DNA of 64,000 bases from assembly GCA_016219425.1 (NCBI GenBank), contig JACRNB010000008.1, positions 39,248-103,247 on the forward strand. The letters are read 5' to 3'. Positions 54,088 through 64,000 of this stretch are shown here, piece after piece. The notes beneath the pieces are model-generated. The model searched no databases and was not told the DNA's origin. It saw nothing but the letters and a program-made list of their open reading frames with translations. How positions within the stretch are numbered: the stretch's first letter is position 1; each line of letters begins with the position of its first letter. The position numbers and the translations under genes were made by a program. The stretch comes from Betaproteobacteria bacterium. Lineage in GTDB: Bacteria > Pseudomonadota > Gammaproteobacteria > Burkholderiales > Thiobacillaceae.

Positions 54088-54852
54088 TTACTGGAAAAAG
54101 CCCTTGGACAGCAGTTCCATGGTGAGCAGGCGGTAATCCCGCGCGCCGCCGCTGTCCGGGGCGTAGGCGTAAATGTCCTGGCCGTGGGCCGGGCTCTCGG
54201 ACAGGGCCGGGTCGTCGCTGACGCGGCTGTCGCACACCAGGCTGCCGTAACGCGCCTTGAGCTTGGCCAGTGCATCGCGGCAATGGGGCTTGGCCTCGTC
54301 GTAGCGGGTGAGCACGATGCGGCGGTCGATGCGGCGTTTCAGGGGGCCTTCCAGCACGTTTAGGGCCAGTTCCAGGCGTTGCAGGCCCTGAATGGCGAGA
54401 AAATCGGCGGTGACCGGGATCAGCACCCGGTCGGCGGCAAACAGGGCGTTGAGGGAGAGCACCCCCAGTGAGGGTGCGCAATCCAACAGGACGGGTGCGC
54501 CGTCACGGCCCAGGCCGCCGTCCAGTTCGCGTCGCAGCAGGACAGCCACGCCCTGCGTGCCGCCCAGCAGGGCGTCCACCTTGGATAGATCCGGGTGGCC
54601 CGGCAGCAGGCGCACGCCGTTACCGAGGCGGCGCACGAGGCGACTGAAGGGGGTCTTGTCTTTGTAAAAGGCGGCCACGGTGGCGTTGCCGGGCAGGTAT
54701 TTCACGCCCAGAGCCAGGCTGGCGTGGGCCTGGGGGTCCAGGTCGATGAGCAGCGGGTTGCGTTCCAGGAGGCCCAAGGAGGCGGCGACGTTCACGCAGG
54801 TGGTGGTCTTGCCCACGCCGCCCTTCTGGTTGAACACCGCGATCACGGCCAT
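54088..54852 (-). CDS. ParA/MinD-family P-loop ATPase (orphan)
   Basis: Deviant Walker A NQKGGVGKTTT. LLIDLDPQ. VLLDCAP. Confidence 0.85.
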   Translation of the reverse strand: MAVIAVFNQKGGVGKTTTCVNVAASLGLLERNPLLIDLDPQAHASLALGVKYLPGNATVAAFYKDKTPFSRLVRRLGNGVRLLPGHPDLSKVDALLGGTQGVAVLLRRELDGGLGRDGAPVLLDCAPSLGVLSLNALFAADRVLIPVTADFLAIQGLQRLELALNVLEGPLKRRIDRRIVLTRYDEAKPHCRDALAKLKARYGSLVCDSRVSDDPALSESPAHGQDIYAYAPDSGGARDYRLLTMELLSKGFFQ

Positions 54853-54856
54853 GGCG

Positions 54857-56683
54857 TCATTCCACGGTGACGGACTTCGCCAGGTTGCGCGGCTGATCCA
54901 CGTCCGTGCCCTTGAGGATGGCCACGTGGTAGGCCAGCAATTGCAGGGGGATGCTGTAGACGATGGGGGCGGTGCTGGGGCGGATGTCGGACAGGGTGAG
55001 GTTCTGGTAGCGGTCCAGGTCGATCTTCACGGTCTGGTCCGAGAACAGGAACAGCTCGCCGCCGCGCGCGCGGACCTCTTGCAGGTTGGAGAGCACCTTT
55101 TCCAGCAAGGGGTCGTCCGGCAGGGCGCAGATCACGGGCATGTCGGCGTCCACCAGGGCCAGAGGGCCGTGTTTCAGCTCGCCCGCCGGGTAGGCCTCGG
55201 CGTGGATGTAGGAGATCTCCTTGAGCTTGAGCGCGCCTTCCAGGGCCACCGGGTAGAACGGGCCGCGCCCCAGGAACAGGGCGTCTTTCTTGTCGGCGAA
55301 GGCGTTGGCCATCTCTTTGATGGCGTCGGAGAGTTCCAGCACCACCTCAACCTGGCGCGGCAGGGCGTGGAGTTCTTCCACCAGTTCCGCCTCCCGTTCC
55401 GCGCTCAGGCCGCGTCGCCGCGCCAGAGCCAGGGTGACCAGACGCAGGGCGGTGAGCTGGGTGGTGAAGGCCTTGGTGGAAGCGACGCCAATCTCGGGAC
55501 CGGCGCGGGTCATGAGGGCCACGTCCGATTCGCGCGTGAGGGAGGATTCCGGCACGTTGCAGATGGCGAGGCTGCCGATGTAGCCCGCCTGCTTGGCGAA
55601 GCGCAGGGCGGCCAGGGTGTCGGCAGTCTCCCCCGACTGCGAGATGGACAGGAACAGCGTGCCCTCGGGCACGACCACCTTGCGGTAGCGGTATTCGCTG
55701 GCAACCTCGACGTGGCAAGGCACGCCCACTTCCTCCAGCCAGTACTTGGCCACCATGCCGGCGTGGTAGCTGGTGCCGCAGGCGATGATGTGCACCCCGC
55801 GGGCGGCGTCGAACAGTTGCTGGGCGCGGTGGCCGAAGCTCTCTTCCAGCAGACGGCCCTTGTGGATGCGCCCTTCCAGAGTCTCGGCGATCACCGAGGG
55901 CTGCTCGAAGATCTCCTTGAGCATGAAGTGCTTGTAGGGGCCTTTCTCCGAGGTGGAGGCGGAGAGCTGGGACAGGCGCTCCGACCGTTCCACCGGCTTG
56001 CCCGCCCCATCGAACACGCGGATGCCGTCGCGGCGAATCTCGGCGATATCGCCCTCTTCCAGGAAGATGAAGCGCTGGGTGACGGGCAGCAGGGCAAACA
56101 CATCGGAGGCGATGAAGTTCTCTCCCACCCCCAGACCGATCACCAGGGGACTGCCGGCGCGGGCCACCACCATGCAGTCCGGATGATCCGGCGAGATCAC
56201 CGCCAGACCGTAGGCTCCAGTCAGCCGCGTCACCGTGTGCTGCACCGCTTTAAGCAGGTCCGGCTCGTATTCCAGGACGCTGGCGAGCAGGTGAGCGATC
56301 ACTTCGGTGTCTGTTTCCGAGGTGAAGCGGTAGCCGTGAACCTCCAGATCCGCGCGCAGTTCGGCATGGTTTTCGATGATGCCGTTGTGGACCACCGCCA
56401 CCTTTTCCCCGCTCATGTGGGGGTGGGCGTTGCGCTCGGCAGGCATGCCGTGGGTGGCCCAACGGGTGTGAGCGATGCCGAGATCGCCCGGGATGGGGCT
56501 GACATCCACCATCTCCCGCAGGCGCGCCACCTTGCCCACGGCGCGGATGCGGTGCATGTGCCCGTCCGCCCCGCGTACGGCCACGCCTGCGGAGTCATAG
56601 CCCCGGTATTCCAGCCTTTGCAGGCCCTCGATCAGGATGGGGACGACATTGCGTTGCGCCACCGCGCCGACAATTCCGCACAT
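54857..56683 (-). CDS. glmS: Glutamine--fructose-6-phosphate aminotransferase
   Basis: MCGIVGAV N-terminal nucleophile, two SIS domains, C-terminal ..KSVTVE. Confidence 0.97.
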   Translation of the reverse strand: MCGIVGAVAQRNVVPILIEGLQRLEYRGYDSAGVAVRGADGHMHRIRAVGKVARLREMVDVSPIPGDLGIAHTRWATHGMPAERNAHPHMSGEKVAVVHNGIIENHAELRADLEVHGYRFTSETDTEVIAHLLASVLEYEPDLLKAVQHTVTRLTGAYGLAVISPDHPDCMVVARAGSPLVIGLGVGENFIASDVFALLPVTQRFIFLEEGDIAEIRRDGIRVFDGAGKPVERSERLSQLSASTSEKGPYKHFMLKEIFEQPSVIAETLEGRIHKGRLLEESFGHRAQQLFDAARGVHIIACGTSYHAGMVAKYWLEEVGVPCHVEVASEYRYRKVVVPEGTLFLSISQSGETADTLAALRFAKQAGYIGSLAICNVPESSLTRESDVALMTRAGPEIGVASTKAFTTQLTALRLVTLALARRRGLSAEREAELVEELHALPRQVEVVLELSDAIKEMANAFADKKDALFLGRGPFYPVALEGALKLKEISYIHAEAYPAGELKHGPLALVDADMPVICALPDDPLLEKVLSNLQEVRARGGELFLFSDQTVKIDLDRYQNLTLSDIRPSTAPIVYSIPLQLLAYHVAILKGTDVDQPRNLAKSVTVE

Positions 56684-56685
56684 GC

Positions 56686-58065
56686 TCAGGCTTCCTTTTT
56701 CTTTTTCACCGGGCGTTGCCAGCCCGGAATGGTCAACTGTTTGGCTCGGGACAGGGTGAGCTGGTCCGGCGGTGCGTCCCTGGTCAGGGTGGTGCCCGCG
56801 CCCAGGGTGGCGCCCCGGCCCACGGTCACCGGGGCCACCAACTGGGTGTCGGAGCCGATGAAGGCCTCGTCCTCGATTACGGTACGGTGCTTGTTGGCGC
56901 CATCGTAATTGCAGGTGATCGTACCCGCGCCCACGTTCACCTTGCGCCCCACGGTGGCGTCACCCACATAGGAAAGGTGGTTGATCTTGGAATTGAAACC
57001 CACCTGGGCGTTCTTCAACTCCACGAAGTTGCCCACATGCACCTCCTCCGCCAATTCGGTTCCGGGTCGCAGGCGGGCATACGGGCCGACGATGGCGCGC
57101 GCGCCCACCGTGGCGCTCTCGATGTGGCAGAAGGGCTTGATCTCCACGTCGGGGCCTATGTCCGCGTCCTTGATCACGCAGTTAGCGCCCACTCTCGCGC
57201 TATCCCTCAGTATCACGCGGCCTTCGAACACGCAGTTGATGTCGATCAGGACATCGCGCCCGCATTCCAGGTTGCCGCGCACGTCGATGCGCGCGGGGTC
57301 GATGAGGGTAACGCCCTGGGTCATCAACCCCTGTGCGAGGTTGGCCTGATACTGGCGTTCCAGCTCCGCCAGTTGCTGGCGGCTGTTCACGCCCAGCACC
57401 TCCCACTCGGCGGACGGATGGCAGGGAATGACTCGCTCGCCTTCCGCTGCGGCCATACCGATCACGTCGGTGAGGTAGTACTCGCCCTGAGCGTTGTGGT
57501 TGGAGAGGCGACCCAGCCAGCCCGTGAGCTTGGCGGCGGGCAGGCACAGGATGCCGGTATTGACCTCGTTCAGGGCCAGCTCCTGCGGGCAGGCGTCCTT
57601 CTGTTCGACGATGCGTTCCACACGGCCTTCCAGGTCACGCACGATGCGGCCATAGCCATGCGGGTTGTCCAGGCGTACGGTGAGCAAGGCGATTGCCCCT
57701 TCACGGGCAATTCGCACCATTTCATGCAGGGTTTCGGGCCGGGTCAGCGGCACATCGCCGTAGAGAATGAGGCAGATGGCATCCGGGTCGAGATGGGGGA
57801 TGGCCTGCTGCACGGCGTGGCCGGTACCCAGTTGCGGTTCCTGTTTCGCCCAGGCCAACTCGGGCCGCGCGATGGCCTGGGGCAGGGCCTCGCCGCCATG
57901 GCCGTAGACCACGCAGATGCGCGCGGGCTGAAGACGGTCCGCCGCCGTCAGCACATGCGCCAACAGGGGCTTGCCCGCCAGGGGATGCAGCACCTTGGGC
58001 AGTTCCGACTTCATGCGCGTACCCTTACCGGCGGCAAGAATGATGACGTTGAGCGGTATGGTCAT
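56686..58065 (-). CDS. glmU: Bifunctional UDP-N-acetylglucosamine pyrophosphorylase / GlcN-1-P acetyltransferase
   Basis: [17 protein letters not shown], and C-terminal left-handed beta-helix hexapeptide repeats. Start taken at [15 protein letters not shown]. Confidence 0.95.
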   Translation of the reverse strand: MTIPLNVIILAAGKGTRMKSELPKVLHPLAGKPLLAHVLTAADRLQPARICVVYGHGGEALPQAIARPELAWAKQEPQLGTGHAVQQAIPHLDPDAICLILYGDVPLTRPETLHEMVRIAREGAIALLTVRLDNPHGYGRIVRDLEGRVERIVEQKDACPQELALNEVNTGILCLPAAKLTGWLGRLSNHNAQGEYYLTDVIGMAAAEGERVIPCHPSAEWEVLGVNSRQQLAELERQYQANLAQGLMTQGVTLIDPARIDVRGNLECGRDVLIDINCVFEGRVILRDSARVGANCVIKDADIGPDVEIKPFCHIESATVGARAIVGPYARLRPGTELAEEVHVGNFVELKNAQVGFNSKINHLSYVGDATVGRKVNVGAGTITCNYDGANKHRTVIEDEAFIGSDTQLVAPVTVGRGATLGAGTTLTRDAPPDQLTLSRAKQLTIPGWQRPVKKKKEA

Positions 58066-58147
58066 GATGAGGGGGAGTAGAGGGCCGCACGGCTTGTTGG
58101 AGGCGGTGAGTATAACTTTTGAGGGTGCGGTTCCGGGCCGCACAAAG

Positions 58148-58173
58148 GAAAACGGCAGCCGTGGGCTGCCGTT
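58148..58173 (-). terminator. Possible terminator of the atp operon
   Basis: Minus strand: aacggcagcc-cac-ggctgccgtt followed by ttcctttgtg (weak U tract). Confidence 0.45.
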
Positions 58174-58195
58174 GCTCCGGACCCGTTCGGGACGG

Positions 58196-58621
58196 TCAAT
58201 GCTTGACCTTGCGCAGCTTCTGGATGGCCGCCAACTGCGCCACCGCCTCGGCCAATTCAGCCTGGGCGCGGGCGTAGTCCATGGCGGAGGAGCGATGCTT
58301 CATGGCGTCTTCCGCCATCCGCTTCGCTTCCATCACCCTGGCTTCATCCAGATCGGCGCCACGAATGGCGGTATCCGAAAGGATGGTGATGACGCCAGGC
58401 TGAACTTCCAGGATGCCGCTGGAGACATAGATCACGTCCTCATCCGTGCGATCCGGAGACTTGATGCGCACGGAACCGGGCTTGAGGCGGGTCAGCAGGG
58501 GAGTGTGACGCGGGTAAATGCCCACCTCGCCCGCCTCGGCGGGGGCGACCACATACTCGGCCAGGCCGGAGTAGATGGCGGCTTCCGCACTGACGATATC
58601 GACATGGATGGTCATGACCAT
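58196..58621 (-). CDS. atpC: F1 ATP synthase epsilon subunit
   Basis: Canonical sequence and operon position. Confidence 0.93.
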   Translation of the reverse strand: MVMTIHVDIVSAEAAIYSGLAEYVVAPAEAGEVGIYPRHTPLLTRLKPGSVRIKSPDRTDEDVIYVSSGILEVQPGVITILSDTAIRGADLDEARVMEAKRMAEDAMKHRSSAMDYARAQAELAEAVAQLAAIQKLRKVKH

Positions 58622-58633
58622 GATGGCGCTTCC

Positions 58634-60912
<2,279 letters not shown>

Positions 60913-60942
60913 ATCTCTCGGTCTCTACTCTGGTTCCGTCGC

Positions 60943-62484
60943 TCAGTACGCCGCGGAGGACTTGAAGTCTTCGATGGCGACGGCGAGCAGCTTCTCGGTT
61001 TCACCATCCAGGTCGCCGGTGGACTGGATCTTGTCCATGATCGCGGCGTACTTGCCCTTGAGGAAGGACTGGAGTGACGCCTCGAACGCCAGGGCGCGCT
61101 TCACCTCCACGTCATCCATGTAGCCGCGGTTGACGGCGAACAGGGTCACGGCCATCTCCGCCACGTTCATGGGCGAATACTGGAACTGTTTCATCAGCTC
61201 CGTGACCATCTTGCCGCGCTCCAACTGCTTGCGCGTGGCATCGTCCAGGTCCGAGGCGAACTGGGCGAAGGCGGCCAGTTCACGGTACTGGGCCAGGGCC
61301 AGACGCACGCCGCCGCCCAGCTTCTTGATCACCTTGGTCTGCGCCGCGCCGCCGACGCGGGACACGGACAGACCGGCGTTGATGGCGGGACGGATGCCGG
61401 CGTTGAACAGGTCGGATTCCAGGAAGATCTGGCCGTCGGTAATGGAGATCACGTTGGTGGGCACGAAGGCGGATACGTCGCCGGCCTGGGTCTCGATCAC
61501 GGGCAGGGCGGTGAGCGATCCGGTCTGGCCCTTCACAGCGCCGCCGGTCAGCTTCTCGACGTAGTCGGCATTGACGCGGGCGGAACGCTCCAGCAGGCGG
61601 GAGTGCAAATAGAACACGTCGCCGGGGTAGGCTTCACGGCCCGGCGGACGGCGCAGCAGCAGGGAGATCTGGCGATAGGCCCAGGCCTGCTTGGTGAGGT
61701 CGTCATACACAATCAGGGCGTCGCGACCGGTATCCCGGAAATACTCGCCCATGGAGCAGCCGGAATAAGGCGCGATGAACTGCATGGCAGCAGGATCGGA
61801 GGAGGTGGCCGCGACAACGATGGTGTGGCCCATGGCGCCGTGCTCTTCCAGCTTGCGCACCACGTTGGCGATGGACGACGCCTTCTGGCCGACGGCGACA
61901 TAGATACAAAGAACGCCCGTGCCCTTCTGGTTGATGATGGTGTCGATGGCCACGGCGGTCTTGCCGGTCTGGCGGTCGCCGATGATGAGTTCGCGCTGAC
62001 CGCGCCCGATGGGCACCATGGCGTCGATAGCCTTGAGGCCGGTCTGCATGGGCTGCGCCACGGACTGGCGCGCGATCACGCCGGGGGCGATCTTCTCGAT
62101 GGGGGAGGACTTGTCCGTGTTGACCGGACCCTTGCCGTCGATGGGCTGGCCCAGGGCATTCACCACGCGGCCCAGCAGGGCCTCGCCCACGGGCACTTCC
62201 AGAATGCGGCCCGTGCACTTGACGGTATCGCCCTCGGTGATGTGCTCATATTCGCCCAGCACCACGGCGCCAACGGAATCGCGCTCCAGGTTCAGGGCCA
62301 TGCCCATGGTGTTGCCGGGGAACTCCAGCATTTCACCCTGCATCACGTCGGCCAGTCCGTGCACGCGGACGATGCCGTCGGTGACGGATACCACGGTACC
62401 CTGGGTGCGCAGCTCCGAGCCCGCTTCCATGTTCTGGATTCGGCTCTTGATCAGCTCGCTGATTTCAGACGGGTTGAGTTGCAT
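60943..62484 (-). CDS. atpA: F1 ATP synthase alpha subunit
   Basis: GDRQTGKTA Walker A. Canonical alpha subunit. Confidence 0.98.
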   Translation of the reverse strand: MQLNPSEISELIKSRIQNMEAGSELRTQGTVVSVTDGIVRVHGLADVMQGEMLEFPGNTMGMALNLERDSVGAVVLGEYEHITEGDTVKCTGRILEVPVGEALLGRVVNALGQPIDGKGPVNTDKSSPIEKIAPGVIARQSVAQPMQTGLKAIDAMVPIGRGQRELIIGDRQTGKTAVAIDTIINQKGTGVLCIYVAVGQKASSIANVVRKLEEHGAMGHTIVVAATSSDPAAMQFIAPYSGCSMGEYFRDTGRDALIVYDDLTKQAWAYRQISLLLRRPPGREAYPGDVFYLHSRLLERSARVNADYVEKLTGGAVKGQTGSLTALPVIETQAGDVSAFVPTNVISITDGQIFLESDLFNAGIRPAINAGLSVSRVGGAAQTKVIKKLGGGVRLALAQYRELAAFAQFASDLDDATRKQLERGKMVTELMKQFQYSPMNVAEMAVTLFAVNRGYMDDVEVKRALAFEASLQSFLKGKYAAIMDKIQSTGDLDGETEKLLAVAIEDFKSSAAY

Positions 62485-62510
62485 GGTTACTCCGATTCTC
62501 TATTCAATCT

Positions 62511-63044
62511 TCAGGCTTTCAGGGTGACGGCCAGCTGTTCCAGCCCGCCGCGCACCGACGCATCCATTACTTCGTCGCCGACCTGAACCACCACGCCGCC
62601 GATCAGGTCGGGGTCAGTGGACTGGGTGGCAATGATCTTGCGACCAAATTTGCTCTCCAGGCGGGAAACCAGCGCCGCCATCTGGGTCGGCGACAGGTCG
62701 AAGGCCGAGGTGATGTGGGCGATCAACTGGCCGTCCTGAGCCGATTTGGCGTCCTCGAACAGGGTCGTGATCTCCGGCAGCAGGGCCAGACGCTTGTTCT
62801 CGGCCAGCAGGCGCACCAAATTTGCGCCTTCCTCCCCCAGAGCCGAGCCGCACACACCGATTACCACCTCGGCCACCCGCTCGGAGGAGATGGCGGGGTT
62901 GCCGGCCAGAGTCAGTAACTGCGCATCCGCACACACCGCATTCAGCAGCGCCAGACGCTCAGACCAGGCGCCCCAGGCATTACCGGCGCTGGCCAGTTTG
63001 GCCACGGCTTCGGCATAGGGGCGGGCTAAGGTCGCACGTTCCAT
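62511..63044 (-). CDS. atpH: F1 ATP synthase delta subunit
   Basis: TLARPYAEA..; operon position. Confidence 0.92.
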   Translation of the reverse strand: MERATLARPYAEAVAKLASAGNAWGAWSERLALLNAVCADAQLLTLAGNPAISSERVAEVVIGVCGSALGEEGANLVRLLAENKRLALLPEITTLFEDAKSAQDGQLIAHITSAFDLSPTQMAALVSRLESKFGRKIIATQSTDPDLIGGVVVQVGDEVMDASVRGGLEQLAVTLKA

Positions 63045-63060
63045 GTCAGTCTCGTTCCGA

Positions 63061-63531
63061 TCACAACTCGTTCTTGATGGCTTCCAGCAGGTCGGCGTGG
63101 GCCTGAGGGTTCACCTCGCGCCGCAGCACCCGACCCGCGCCAGCCACCACCAGGGCCGCCACTTCAGCGCGCAACGCTTCCCGCGCGCGATGACTTTCCT
63201 GCTCGATCTCGGCCTGAGCGGCGACGATCAGACGGTCACCCTCTTCCTTGGCCGCGCCCTTGGCCTCTTCAACCAACTGGATGGCGCGTTTCTCGGCCTG
63301 AGCGATGATCTCGGCGGCTTTCTGCTTGGCTTCGTGCAGGTTTTCACTGGCGCGCCGGGCGGCGAGTTCCAGTTCATGCCGACCACGATCGGCGGCGGCA
63401 AGGCCGTCGGCGATCTGCTTGCGCCGGGTTTCCAGGGCGCTGACGATGGGCGGCCACACGAACTTCATGCAGAACCACACGAAGATGAAGAACGTGATGG
63501 ACTGGCCGATCAGGGTCATATTGATATTCAT
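63061..63531 (-). CDS. atpF: F0 ATP synthase subunit b
   Basis: N-terminal TM helix, then a long charged helix. Operon position. Confidence 0.92.
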   Translation of the reverse strand: MNINMTLIGQSITFFIFVWFCMKFVWPPIVSALETRRKQIADGLAAADRGRHELELAARRASENLHEAKQKAAEIIAQAEKRAIQLVEEAKGAAKEEGDRLIVAAQAEIEQESHRAREALRAEVAALVVAGAGRVLRREVNPQAHADLLEAIKNEL

Positions 63532-63558
63532 GACCGCTCCTTGCGGGTTACCGAGAAA

Positions 63559-63807
<249 letters not shown>

Positions 63808-63834
63808 CTAGAGATAAATCAGTAAGTCAGTGAA

Positions 63835-64000
63835 TCAGTGATGTTCCTGATGCGCCATATCGAGATAGACGATGGTCAGGGTCATGAAGATGAAGGCCTG
63901 GAGGGTGATGACCAGGATGTGGAACACGGCCCAGGCCCATTGCAGCACGCCGCCGAACACGGCCAGGGCGACGCCGCCGCTGAACATCAGGGCGATCAGG
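63835..64000 (-). CDS. atpB: F0 ATP synthase subunit a, C-terminal fragment (5' end outside window)
   Basis: Reverse translation ends ..[11 protein letters not shown]-stop. Operon position. Confidence 0.8.
   Translation of the reverse strand, partial: LIALMFSGGVALAVFGGVLQWAWAVFHILVITLQAFIFMTLTIVYLDMAHQEHH

Overview
High-GC chromosomal segment, by eye mid-60s % GC, not computed. The gene content looks like a sulfur-oxidising betaproteobacterium, which is inference only. Housekeeping genes are dense and easy to recognise: sqr (5' truncated), soxXA, exbB-exbD-tonB, hemA-prfA-prmC, pgpA-cinA-recA-recX, argJ, comM, metF, rsuA, gluQ, zapB-like/zapA/6S RNA/ygfA, a liv-type ABC importer, cytochrome c, bioA, parA-like, glmS-glmU, and the atp operon (atpB cut by the window end). 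Three things depart from ordinary core genome. (1) There are at least eight families of GC-rich palindromic REP-like repeats, and several copies sit in frame inside coding genes. The clearest case is a ~3.2-copy tandem array of a 135-bp unit inside a UvrD/AddA-type helicase-nuclease gene. Another copy forms the junction of a PAP2-GT39 fusion ORF. (2) Two visibly lower-GC islets are present. One is a type IV pilin plus a Wzy_C/PglL-like ligase (about 19.96-22.4 kb). The other is a small defence islet (about 34.05-37.9 kb) with a putative mini-nuclease, a DUF433/DUF5615 pair and a C5-methyltransferase with a candidate restriction enzyme, and no integrase. (3) A toxin-antitoxin cluster (22.98-26.47 kb) holds AbiEi with an internally deleted AbiEii, an HTH gene convergent with a nucleotidyltransferase-fold gene, and BrnTA. 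Other items are a 237-bp MITE-like element with 18-bp terminal inverted repeats, and two paralogous secreted proteins with DPxxYxxWM-type repeats (one very Met-rich) flanking the liv operon. I see no rRNA, tRNA or CRISPR array. I cannot point to one clearly novel multi-gene system; the findings rank the best candidates. All family assignments come from reading motifs in the translations, not from database searches.
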